From the NCBI GenBank assembly GCA_964016885.1, contig OZ024743.1, forward strand, positions 3,286,001 through 3,350,000: 64,000 bases of DNA. Direction: 5' to 3'. Shown here one piece after another: positions 51,626-64,000 of the stretch. The notes beneath the pieces are model-generated. The model was not told where the DNA came from. It was given only the letters and a program-made list of their open reading frames with translations, and ran no database searches. Numbering within the stretch: position 1 is the stretch's first letter; the number at the start of each line of letters is the position of its first letter. The stretch comes from Eledone cirrhosa (taxonomy: Eukaryota). The position numbers and the translations under genes are program-made.

Positions 51626-51812
51626 AGGTGGATATTGGCAGTATCGGTAGAGGGTCGGACGCCATGCTTTCAAGCATAGTTACGTCCCTTTACGGTCTGA
51701 GTTCAAATCCAGTCGAGGTTAACTTTGCCTTTCATCCCTACGAGGTCCATGAAATAAAGTACCAGTAATGCACTGGGATAATTGTCGGCCTTGTGCCAAA
51801 AATAGAAATAAT
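51626..51812 (+). mobile_element. Nin-type tRNA SINE
   Basis: Matches the SINE consensus. Confidence 0.8.
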
Positions 51813-52633
51813 TATATATATATATATATAAAGTTTAAAGAAAGTTACCCCCTCACAGCGGTGCTGAGACGGGATGGTCGCTAATCATGGGAGTACTTTA
51901 TGCATGGGAGATGCAGAGTGGGTATAGTGATATATATATATATATATATATATACTGTATATATACTGTATATATATATATATATACTGATTGATTTACA
52001 AACCACCGATAGCCCATGGCATGTCGCGAAGTGGCAATCTCACAGCAACAAGTTTGCATTTCTGGAATATTTTTTGTTATAGTTAGTAGTAGTAGTAGTG
52101 GTAGTGTTGGTAGTGGTGGTGGTGGTCGTCGTCATCGCCGCCACCTCAGCCGCTGTGGAGGTCGTGGTGGTGGTGATGGGAGGCATAGTAGTGTTTCTAA
52201 TGGTCGTGGTAGTGCAGACTATGAAATAGTAGATGTGGTGTGGGCAGATTAGATGAGAGGTGACGAAGCAGAGTTTCAAGTTACAAATGAACATCAGCGA
52301 GAGAGGGGACACTCAGTACTGCTATCAGAAGTGACTGTCTCACATTAGATCGGTAGTGGTAAAATGGCGGTGGTGATGGTCGGGGTAGTGGTAGTGTTGG
52401 TGCAGTGATAGTTGTAGGAGCTCTCCTTTCGGCGGTGGTGGTGGTCGTAGCATTAGTTGTGATTGTCTTAGTGGTAGTAATGATAGGTGAGATGATAACA
52501 ATGGTGGCCGTTTATTTTTCTGGTAGTAGTCATATTTGCGATAGAGCTTTCATTGGTGGTAATGATGAGTTTTCGCAAACATACCCTTCTGTCAATTTAA
52601 TCTGACCAAGAAAAGATTAATAGCAAACTATAA

Positions 52634-52910
52634 GGCGCGTGGCTTTGTGGTGAGAGTATTCGGCTCACAATCGTAAGGTCGTGGCTTCGATTGTGTCCCT
52701 GAGCGTTGTGTCGTTGAGCAAGACACTTTATTTGACGTTGCTCCAGTCCACTCAGTTGGCAAAAAGGAGTTGTATTTGTAATTGGAAGGGCCAGCCTTGA
52801 TACATTCTGCGTCACACTGAATCTCCCTGAGAACTATAATAAGGGTACGCGTGTCTGTGGAATGCTCAGCCACTTGCACCTTAACGTCACAAGCAGGCTG
52901 TTCCGTTGTC
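52634..52910 (+). mobile_element. Second tRNA-derived SINE family (V/Meta-like central domain); related remnant at ~6825-7060
   Basis: ggcgcgtggctttgtggt (A box) ... ggcttcgatt (B box) ... gttgtgtcgttgagcaagacactt ... gctccagtccactcag. Confidence 0.65.
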
Positions 52911-54699
52911 ACTTGCTGAACGTATGGAAACAATATAAATCTTTGGTTCATCACCACATAGTTACTCGTAGTTATCTTTTTATTGTCGCCTGCATTAATT
53001 TCCTTTCTTTCAGGATTTACATTTTGTTTTCATAAATACAATGAATAAAGGAAATCACAGTGCATCAGGCAAATACTTCATTCGCTTAAAAATAGCGAAT
53101 GCGTTACTTCGAAGGATGACGAGGGAGATGTGTTGAAAGAGCCAGTTCACATCACGGGCCTCGTTCTTGCGAATGATCATCATTGTCCCGATTGAAATGA
53201 ATAATCAGAGAGGGGATTCGGTGCCCCACGCTATTAGATGTTTCGATTGTTATAGGTTCGATACGAAAGCTGTCAGAGAGCAGCCGGTTCGTTGTCGGGG
53301 AAACAAAGCTTGAATATGACACCGATTTCATCAGATTGCCACAGGAAACATATCTCTGCAGGTCGCATTCTAGATTAGAGATTTACCACCTCGGTACGGG
53401 AAGGTTTGAAATGCTGCTAGGTTTTTTGTCTTCCCCTTAGTCTAACCGCGACGAGTCCAACTGGCCCATGAGTATTGTACGAGGGTAGTTTCAATCAATG
53501 ATATCGCTAATCGATTGCGTTGTTGCCTTGTACAAAATAATTTTTTAATACTTCATAGAGGGGTGGTTCATAAGCAGAAACTATACAATACTGAACTAAA
53601 GACCTTTCGGCATTTGTCAGACATCATTTACTTTTTAAGCTCAAAACACGCTGGGAGTAATGCACTTGTTATTTAGAACATATTGAGGAAGACCTATTAT
53701 CAAAATGCTTTGCAAGCACCCATGGTATTTTTTATTTTTTCTGCGAGTGTATATTTAGTATCACATTATCCAATGTCTTTTTCCCTCTTTTTTAAAACAT
53801 GGTAGCATGTGCTTTGAAGAAGACTTGGCTTGTATTTCTAACAGTCAGAGCTATTATATCACGTAGATATTCCTCGATTATTTCAATCATGCCGATATAC
53901 ATTATGCTTGTTATCACTCCGAGGTCGATGAAATATTAAGCACTTACCATCCCCTCTAACGTGCGCACATGTGTGTGTGTGTGTGAGTATAGCAATGCCC
54001 TTATATGTTCAAATAAAAGATGATTTTGTGTGACAAATGCACAAAAGAACATCAAATATAATCTCGTAAAACGAAGAACGCGTTGAGTGAAAACTGTACT
54101 TTTCATTCAGTTCGAGTTAATAGGTGAATTTTCATACTGTCATCGGTTTTTAAATGTACTTCTTGTTTTGACAACACATTTGGTTTTGTTATTGTTGTTG
54201 CTATTTAAGCTCCAATTTAACCCTGATCGTTGTCGTTACAGCTCACACCTGCATGCGTTTAGTCGGTTCCCTAGTGGAGTGGCAGTTCACAGGAAGTTTC
54301 CTGAGTGTTTTACTGACAGGACCGCAATTCTAACATGACATCATTTTATCGGCAATAGCAGAAACGATTTGAACTCAGAACATACAAAGCTGTATCAAAT
54401 ACAGGTCTAATAATTCTATCAATTCACTATCCATGGTCTGGTACTTTATTTATCGATCACCAAAGGATGGCAGTTAAAAACAACATCATTGGAATTTAAA
54501 ATCAGAGCGCAGACAGGCGAAAAAATACCACAAACACTTACTTTCTCTGGTCGGAGTTCGATTCTTCATAGCGGATGCTGGTCACTTTTCTCTGTCTATA
54601 GGGAAAATTTACCCTTTTTACTAAGCCATTCCCTTTAGCAATTGACTCTGGTTACGGTTGTTTTCTACACATTTTCTAAGAATTTCAACCTCTTCAACG

Positions 54700-55853
<1,154 letters not shown>

Positions 55854-55896
55854 TAAACAAATAATGAACAAACAATTCCTTATATTAAACAAAAAA

Positions 55897-56053
55897 AGTT
55901 CACTATTTAACGATCGTTTCTAGGGTATATATGTGTTATAATTGGTATGCATATTTAACAGATCTATGTACAAAATTATACAAAATTATACAAATTATCA
56001 AGATTAAATATACATACCCAACTCATATATACGCCGTCTTCAGAAATAATGAA
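55897..56053 (-). ncRNA. Hammerhead ribozyme with giant helix II (copy 3, subfamily B; sense to the Naiad ORF)
   Basis: Reverse complement of 63391-63545. Confidence 0.75.
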
Positions 56054-56824
56054 GTATATTTATTGATAATAACAACAATTCAAAATATCAGTTCAAAATT
56101 GACCAATGAAAACACAAAGGGTTAAAAGCAGTTTGGTGTGTGTATATACATGTAAAAACCTTACACATATTTTACAATAATGTGTGTATAATTTGTATGT
56201 GCATACTAAAAAGATGGATGCAAACACAAAATTTCAAGGTTAATATCTCTGTAAGCTTAATGCGCTGATAAGATACGCAATGATACTTATGGAGTCAAGC
56301 ATATAAATATATTTTTTTCATACTCACACATATCAGTATAATCACACGTACATGTGCGTATATGCATAAATATACACATAATCACGAACATACAAACACA
56401 CACACTCCCCCACTCACATTTATATATGTGTATATAAAATCATAAGCAAATAGAAATTAAGTCACTCACATAAAAACACTGGTACACACATTTCAAGATC
56501 AAGATACAGAAATTAGGTGGGAGGGGGGGGGGGGAGGGGTCAGTATTAGATTGTCAGACCAGACTGCCTAATATAAATGTATCTATAAATTAAGAAAAAT
56601 AAAAAAATAAAAACAATAAAATATAATAAAAATAATGTAATGTACATACACATACAGATATACATACACATACATACATGTACGCGCACATAGAGATATT
56701 TACACATACATACATACACACATACCTATACAGTCATACACACACATACATTTACACGAACATACACATACACATATAAAAAGATATAAATACACACACA
56801 CTCACGCGCAACACATACACACAT

Positions 56825-56873
<49 letters not shown>

Positions 56874-56880
56874 TAGACTC

Positions 56881-56912
<32 letters not shown>

Positions 56913-57209
56913 ATACAAACATATATATCCACACACTCATACCACCATAAATACACATACAAACACCCACATGTATATATATATATATATACACACACAT
57001 CCACATACACACACGTACACATATATATATATATATACATATATACACATACATATATATATATACACACACATAAAAAACAGACATGCACATATATATA
57101 TATATATATATATTTCATTACTCTTATATATACACATAGTATATATACATACACAACCTCACTTATACACATATACACATAAGTTATATTACAATAATAA
57201 TAAAGAATA

Positions 57210-57242
<33 letters not shown>

Positions 57243-58947
57243 TATATACATATATATATATATATACATACATACATACACATACATACATACACATAAA
57301 TATATACATACATAAATACACACATACGAATAAAGACATATATTCACACATAGACACCTATATACACATATATATATATATATATATATATCTATATATA
57401 TACAAACACGCATATATATATATATATATATATATACATACAAACACGCATATACATATACATACATATATACACATATATATATTCCTATATACAAGCA
57501 TACACATACATACACATATATACATATACATACACATATACATACCACACATTCACATACACATACATATATAATACATATATATACATATATATACACA
57601 TACATATGTATGTACATCATATATACACACTCAATCTTACATTCATATTTACATGCTCATATATGTATTTTTATATTTAGAAATAAATACCAAAACCTAT
57701 ATAGACACCCACCTACACATATATTCATACATATACGCTTACAAAAACAGATGATAATAGTATGGGGGAAAGGGGGGGTTTGGAGAAGGGGATCAAAGTA
57801 AATATATGTTTCAAGAAACATATAATATTTTCCGTATCTTAATTCAATGTATGTTCTTACATATTTTCAGTGCTAGGAAATACGAAATCTATGCATCTCA
57901 AAATAAAAAAGTATACCATTAATCATATGTTAACTAAACCAAAGATAGTCAACATATTGATTTCCAAGGTGTAAATTAGTTAGGTTTATAATATTTGAAG
58001 CAGAATTATGAAGTCAAACAGTAGTAGATTATTAATTACATTATAACTAAATTAAAGTTAATAACGTTATGGTATCAATATTAGGAGATGAATTTAGTAA
58101 TAGGGAAAAGAAACCCAAATAAAAATAAAATAAAGTATTACATCGGTAGTAGCATATAAATTATATGTTAACTAAATTAAAAATTATATATTTATTTCAA
58201 TAGTATACGTTAATTAGTATATGTTAATTAGGTATACAATACATAAAGCAGATATTGTATTTCATCAATAGCATAATATAATTATATGCAAATAAAAATC
58301 AAAATTAATACGCATACATATACATATACATACACATACACATACATATACATATACACACATATATATATATATATATACATATATATACACATATATA
58401 CATATATAGTCACATAAATATACATACAGATACACATACAACACACACATATATATATACATATAGATATACATATCTTTTTCAAAAAATTGCACAGAAT
58501 ATATTAACTAGGTATATATCCAAAACACATCCCATTCTATGATTACATGACATTCTGCAATTCGTCTGTACAAGGATACTAATTTTAAGCAAATTAAAAT
58601 TAAAGTTTTAGGTTGATTAAAACCAAAACCAAATAATAAATATATTTCCAAAATGTATATTAATTAGGTCTATAATACTAAAAATTCTTTCTCCGTCATA
58701 GGATACATGATATTATTTTGTTATATTTTATCTGTAAAAGAATTATAATAAAAAAAATTATAATAAAAGGTTAAAATAAATTAAAATTAATCTATAAATT
58801 AAATTACTGAGTATATATTAGTAATATTTAAAGGTTTTTCAAAATTTATGATTACATAATATTTTCTCATCTGTAATAAAATATTAATTAAATTAAATTT
58901 ATAGGTTAACTAACATTTAAATTAAATTAAATTCTAGAATAATGTTA

Positions 58948-61374
58948 TTAATTAGGTTTATAATATTTAAATGTTTTTTTTAGTTTATGATTACACGATA
59001 TAATTAATTCCTGTCTTTTATTTAATAAGATATCCCTAGACTTCATTATTTCAAATAGTTCTTGGGAACATAATCTACATTCCTTTCTATTATTTTGATA
59101 AGGGGTGGCTCTTTTGAGCACACTCCAGGTCAAATCATATTTTATATTTTTATTTTTATAACTATTGATTTTTTCTGCTAGAGATGTTGTATTAGCCAGT
59201 GCGGCATTTTTAAAGCTATGTTTGTGGGTATTATACCTTGTCTTAAAATTGTTAGAGGTAGCTCCTATATATGAGCAAATAGAATCTTTAGTTTTAACAT
59301 TACATTTATAGACTATGTTGTTAACAAGACAATTCCCTTTTAATGGGCAGTTTGTTTTGTTTCTACAGTTACATCCTTTCGTTAATTCTGTATTTGAGGA
59401 GATATTATTGTTAATTTGATGTACTGGTGGTATACTTATGGTTTTCTTACATTTATATGCATTATATGCACTTATATTTTGTTTTATGTTATTTGTTGTA
59501 GAGTATGAGAATTTAACTGTAGACCTATTTAAGATTTGATGGTATTTGTGGTTTGGCGGGAAGTTTTTCTCAAGGATATAAAAAAATTTTTTAGCAATAT
59601 TATCCTTAACTTGTAAATTAAAAGGAGCATTATACCAAGTAACTCGTCTATTACGGTTTCTATGTTGTTTATTATTTTTATTATTTTTATATGTTGTATC
59701 ATGATTTTTACTAGGAGGATTAATGTTAATGATCTCACCACAACTATTTTTAGTTATATTTGTAGATTTAGGTGTTTTATCTTTTTTATTAGGAGTTTTA
59801 TTATTAATATTTATTATAGTTGTATGATGAGTAGTTTTTTGAGGGTTACTATACTTTATATTAGAAGATTTAGTATTTTGGGGTATACTGTGGGTGGCAT
59901 TTAGGTGTGTACTTTTCATTTGGTGTTTGTTGGTAATATTATGCTGTATGCTTTCAGTATTTTTAGTAGAAGGTATATACTCTAATCTATTTTTGTGGCC
60001 ACTTCTATCTAGAGCTTCATTATAAAAGGTCGCATTTTTATCAAATACATCTTGGTTAGAAGAAAGGTTAGAAATTCTAAGTGATATATTATATGCAAGG
60101 TTTTTAAGGATAGATTTAGGGTGATTAGATTGTGAGTGTATGTAATGTAAGTTTTGGTTAGGTTTATGGTAAGGTTGGTATATACCCGTAGCTAAATCTA
60201 AAGTTATATCTAGGAAATTTACTACTTTACTTGTTTTTTCAAAAGTAATATTAAGATTATAATAGTCTTTAAGGAAAGTTCTAATATGCTTTTTGTTTTT
60301 TTCGATTTCTGAAAGGCTAAGGTTGTTAGAAAGAAGAAGACAGTCATCACGATATAACCCACCTTTGAGGTGGGGAAAAGAGGCATTTATGTTGAAAAGG
60401 AGAAAGAGGCCCACAAGATCAGTAATTTGGGCGGAATCGCTTGAACCCATAGTAATATCAAAAAGATTACTGTATGTGTTTCTGGTCCAGTATTCATTCT
60501 GAAATTCAATAAGTGTTTGTCTAGCATGTGTAATAATGTTAATGTCATCCGAAGTTAAATTAGATCTATTTTTAGCAAATATTAATGCTTTGTTCAGGAG
60601 TATGGGTGATATAGAAGAATAGTAATTATCTATATCAAATTGTAGGAAAGAAGCAGAAGATTTACACCTAATATTTTTAAACCAATTAATTACCTGGGAG
60701 GTGTTTTCCCAGAGTGGTAAAATAACGTATTTTCTTATTTGTGGGATGACTCTATCTAAAATTTTTTTGCTAATTATTCCAATATCTGATTTGGAGGGAC
60801 ATATAAGTCTAATAGAAGGATTAGAGTTAAAGTTAGATTTGTGATCTTTCAGGTTGAAGTGTGGTCTTTTCAATGCCAAAGGTTCAGTTCTATCTTCAAT
60901 ATTTAGTTTTTTTACTATGTTGTGTGTTTTGTTGTTGATGTTGGTGAGTGACACATTATTAGATTTTTTATAATTTTTTCTGAGTTCTTTATATATGAAC
61001 TCATTATAATGTTCAATATCCATATGATACAAGTTACCAGTTTTGTCCGAGTGGACATGGATTTTTTTAGACTTTTTTAGGTCCAATAGGGTAGAATCAA
61101 GGTCCTTTTGAAAGACGGATTTATACTTTTTAAATTTGAGGTGTTTAATTAAATTAAAAAGGTCTTTCTCGAAGTCTTCAAGTAAAAAGTTGTGTGGTGG
61201 ATTCTTGTAAGTGTTGAAATCATACATATATTTCCGATCTGCTTGTATAGATTTTCTATCGAAGTGGTAGGCTCTCCATCTAACCCTTCTGATAAAATTA
61301 TTAGTTTTCTGAATCATAAGGAGTAAGAAGTCGTCCTTAGAAGGTATTGGTATGTTTTTTAAGGAGGTTCCTAA
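58948..61374 (-). CDS. Naiad-type PLE polyprotein: RT, N/T/K-rich linker, Cys motif, GIY-YIG endonuclease (first Met at 61317; frame open upstream to the inversion junction)
   Basis: SLKNIPIPS, RRVRW, SDKTGNLY, LKDHKSNF, FDIDNYYSSI, ITMGSSDSAQITDLVG, GLYRDD, NFLD, CNCRNKTNCPLKGNC, IVYKC..YIGAT..FKTRYNTH, CRLC..E..LLNKR.E....CNH; no internal stops. Confidence 0.95.
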   Translation of the reverse strand, partial: LGTSLKNIPIPSKDDFLLLMIQKTNNFIRRVRWRAYHFDRKSIQADRKYMYDFNTYKNPPHNFLLEDFEKDLFNLIKHLKFKKYKSVFQKDLDSTLLDLKKSKKIHVHSDKTGNLYHMDIEHYNEFIYKELRKNYKKSNNVSLTNINNKTHNIVKKLNIEDRTEPLALKRPHFNLKDHKSNFNSNPSIRLICPSKSDIGIISKKILDRVIPQIRKYVILPLWENTSQVINWFKNIRCKSSASFLQFDIDNYYSSISPILLNKALIFAKNRSNLTSDDINIITHARQTLIEFQNEYWTRNTYSNLFDITMGSSDSAQITDLVGLFLLFNINASFPHLKGGLYRDDCLLLSNNLSLSEIEKNKKHIRTFLKDYYNLNITFEKTSKVVNFLDITLDLATGIYQPYHKPNQNLHYIHSQSNHPKSILKNLAYNISLRISNLSSNQDVFDKNATFYNEALDRSGHKNRLEYIPSTKNTESIQHNITNKHQMKSTHLNATHSIPQNTKSSNIKYSNPQKTTHHTTIININNKTPNKKDKTPKSTNITKNSCGEIININPPSKNHDTTYKNNKNNKQHRNRNRRVTWYNAPFNLQVKDNIAKKFFYILEKNFPPNHKYHQILNRSTVKFSYSTTNNIKQNISAYNAYKCKKTISIPPVHQINNNISSNTELTKGCNCRNKTNCPLKGNCLVNNIVYKCNVKTKDSICSYIGATSNNFKTRYNTHKHSFKNAALANTTSLAEKINSYKNKNIKYDLTWSVLKRATPYQNNRKECRLCSQELFEIMKSRDILLNKRQELIISCNHKLKKTFKYYKPN

Positions 61375-62200
61375 ATAACGTTATTAACTTTAATTTAGTT
61401 ATAATGTAATTAATAATCTACTACTGTTTGACTTCATAATTCTGCTTCAAATATTATAAACCTAACTAATTTACACCTTGGAAATCAATATGTTGACTAT
61501 CTTTGGTTTAGTTAACATATGATTAATGGTATACTTTTTTATTTTGAGATGCATAGATTTCGTATTTCCTAGCACTGAAAATATGTAAGAACATACATTG
61601 AATTAAGATACGGAAAATATTATATGTTTCTTGAAACATATATTTACTTTGATCCCCTTCTCCAAACCCCCCCTTTCCCCCATACTATTATCATCTGTTT
61701 TTGTAAGCGTATATGTATGAATATATGTGTAGGTGGGTGTCTATATAGGTTTTGGTATTTATTTCTAAATATAAAAATACATATATGAGCATGTAAATAT
61801 GAATGTAAGATTGAGTGTGTATATATGATGTACATACATATGTATGTGTATATATATGTATATATATGTATTATATATGTATGTGTATGTGAATGTGTGG
61901 TATGTATATGTGTATGTATATGTATATATGTGTATGTATGTGTATGCTTGTATATAGGAATATATATATGTGTATATATGTATGTATATGTATATGCGTG
62001 TTTGTATGTATATATATATATATATATATATGCGTGTTTGTATATATATAGATATATATATATATATATATATATGTGTATATAGGTGTCTATGTGTGAA
62101 TATATGTCTTTATTCGTATGTGTGTATTTATGTATGTATATATTTATGTGTATGTATGTATGTGTATGTATGTATGTATATATATATATATATGTATATA

Positions 62201-62233
<33 letters not shown>

Positions 62234-62530
62234 TATTCTTTATTATTATTGTAATATAACTTATGTGTATATGTGTATAAGTGAGGTTGTGTATGTATAT
62301 ATACTATGTGTATATATAAGAGTAATGAAATATATATATATATATATATATGTGCATGTCTGTTTTTTATGTGTGTGTATATATATATATGTATGTGTAT
62401 ATATGTATATATATATATATATGTGTACGTGTGTGTATGTGGATGTGTGTGTATATATATATATATATACATGTGGGTGTTTGTATGTGTATTTATGGTG
62501 GTATGAGTGTGTGGATATATATGTTTGTAT

Positions 62531-62562
<32 letters not shown>

Positions 62563-62569
62563 GAGTCTA

Positions 62570-62622
<53 letters not shown>

Positions 62623-63390
62623 ATGTGTGTATGTGTTGCGCGTGAGTGTGTGTGTATTTATATCTTTTTATATGTGTATGTGTATGTTCGTGTAAATGTA
62701 TGTGTGTGTATGACTGTATAGGTATGTGTGTATGTATGTATGTGTAAATATCTCTATGTGCGCGTACATGTATGTATGTGTATGTATATCTGTATGTGTA
62801 TGTACATTACATTATTTTTATTATATTTTATTGTTTTTATTTTTTTATTTTTCTTAATTTATAGATACATTTATATTAGGCAGTCTGGTCTGACAATCTA
62901 ATACTGACCCCTCCCCCCCCCTCCCACCTAATTTCTGTATCTTGATCTTGAAATGTGTGTACCAGTGTTTTTATGTGAGTGACTTAATTTCTATTTGCTT
63001 ATGATTTTATATACACATATATAAATGTGAGTGGGGGAGTGTGTGTGTTTGTATGTTCGTGATTATGTGTATATTTATGCATATACGCACATGTACGTGT
63101 GATTATACTGATATGTGTGAGTATGAAAAAAATATATTTATATGCTTGACTCCATAAGTATCATTGCGTATCTTATCAGCGCATTAAGCTTACAGAGATA
63201 TTAACCTTGAAATTTTGTGTTTGCATCCATCTTTTTAGTATGCACATACAAATTATACACACATTATTGTAAAATATGTGTAAGGTTTTTACATGTATAT
63301 ACACACACCAAACTGCTTTTAACCCTTTGTGTTTTCATTGGTCAATTTTGAACTGATATTTTGAATTGTTGTTATTATCAATAAATATAC

Positions 63391-63545
63391 TTCATTATTT
63401 CTGAAGACGGCGTATATATGAGTTGGGTATGTATATTTAATCTTGATAATTTGTATAATTTTGTATAATTTTGTACATAGATCTGTTAAATATGCATACC
63501 AATTATAACACATATATACCCTAGAAACGATCGTTAAATAGTGAA
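63391..63545 (+). ncRNA. Hammerhead ribozyme with giant helix II (copy 4, subfamily B; in the inverted pseudo-LTR)
   Basis: uucauuauuu CUGAAGA-[116 nt hairpin]-GAAAC GAUC GUU aaauagugaa; 10-bp helix I. Confidence 0.75.
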
Positions 63546-63730
63546 CTTTTTTTGTTTAATATAAGGAATTGTTTGTTCATTATTTGTTTAATATTTTATC
63601 TTGACTCTGTATACCGTTTATCTTTCACCGAAAGTGGATTTTCATTACATCTCTTCTTTCCATGATATCCGGAATACATTGAGTTCTTCATACGGATTGG
63701 ACACTACCGTAAACTCTTGGTAGATTTATC

Positions 63731-63767
<37 letters not shown>

Positions 63768-63799
63768 GTATATATATATGTATATATGTGTATATATAT

Positions 63800-63838
<39 letters not shown>

Positions 63839-64000
63839 AGCCAGGACTATCCATCATCAGTGGTCTACTAGCCATCATAGGTATTTCTTCGCATTACAGA
63901 CCATATATCTCAAGCTAGGGAAATACAATAACTAAATTAAGTTATTGGGATAAAAAGAATTGGGTGGAGAAAGAGAGACAGGTAAACAAACACGAATGGA

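Noticed and set aside
52634-52710. Functional tRNA gene
   Set aside because: Cloverleaf is degenerate and runs into a SINE body.

Overview
AT-rich, microsatellite-saturated animal genomic DNA, most likely from an octopus or related coleoid cephalopod (inferred from the tRNA/Nin-domain SINE family and repeat content). I recognise no host protein-coding exon; nearly all short predicted ORFs are microsatellite translations. The window is a nest of transposable elements: three Penelope-like elements (PLEs; one Neptune-type, two Naiad-type, one with an intact 789+ aa RT-GIY-YIG ORF), a full-length decayed mariner, an internally deleted Helitron with a PIF1 helicase ORF, non-autonomous Helitrons, RTE, CRE, R4-like, CR1-like and L1/Tx1-like LINE fragments, SINEs and MITEs. 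The main signal is RNA-level: about ten families of hammerhead ribozyme (HHR) motifs, folded by eye and mostly lying in fold-back insertions within (TA)n tracts. They include a Naiad-associated HHR with a 101-116 nt helix II (4 copies, 2 subfamilies, compensatory change), a 312-bp tandem retrozyme-like array with an inversion and an 11-bp TSD, and U3-A8 and U4A core variants. The intact Naiad is flanked by ~2.2-kb near-identical inverted repeats that are themselves full of microsatellites.
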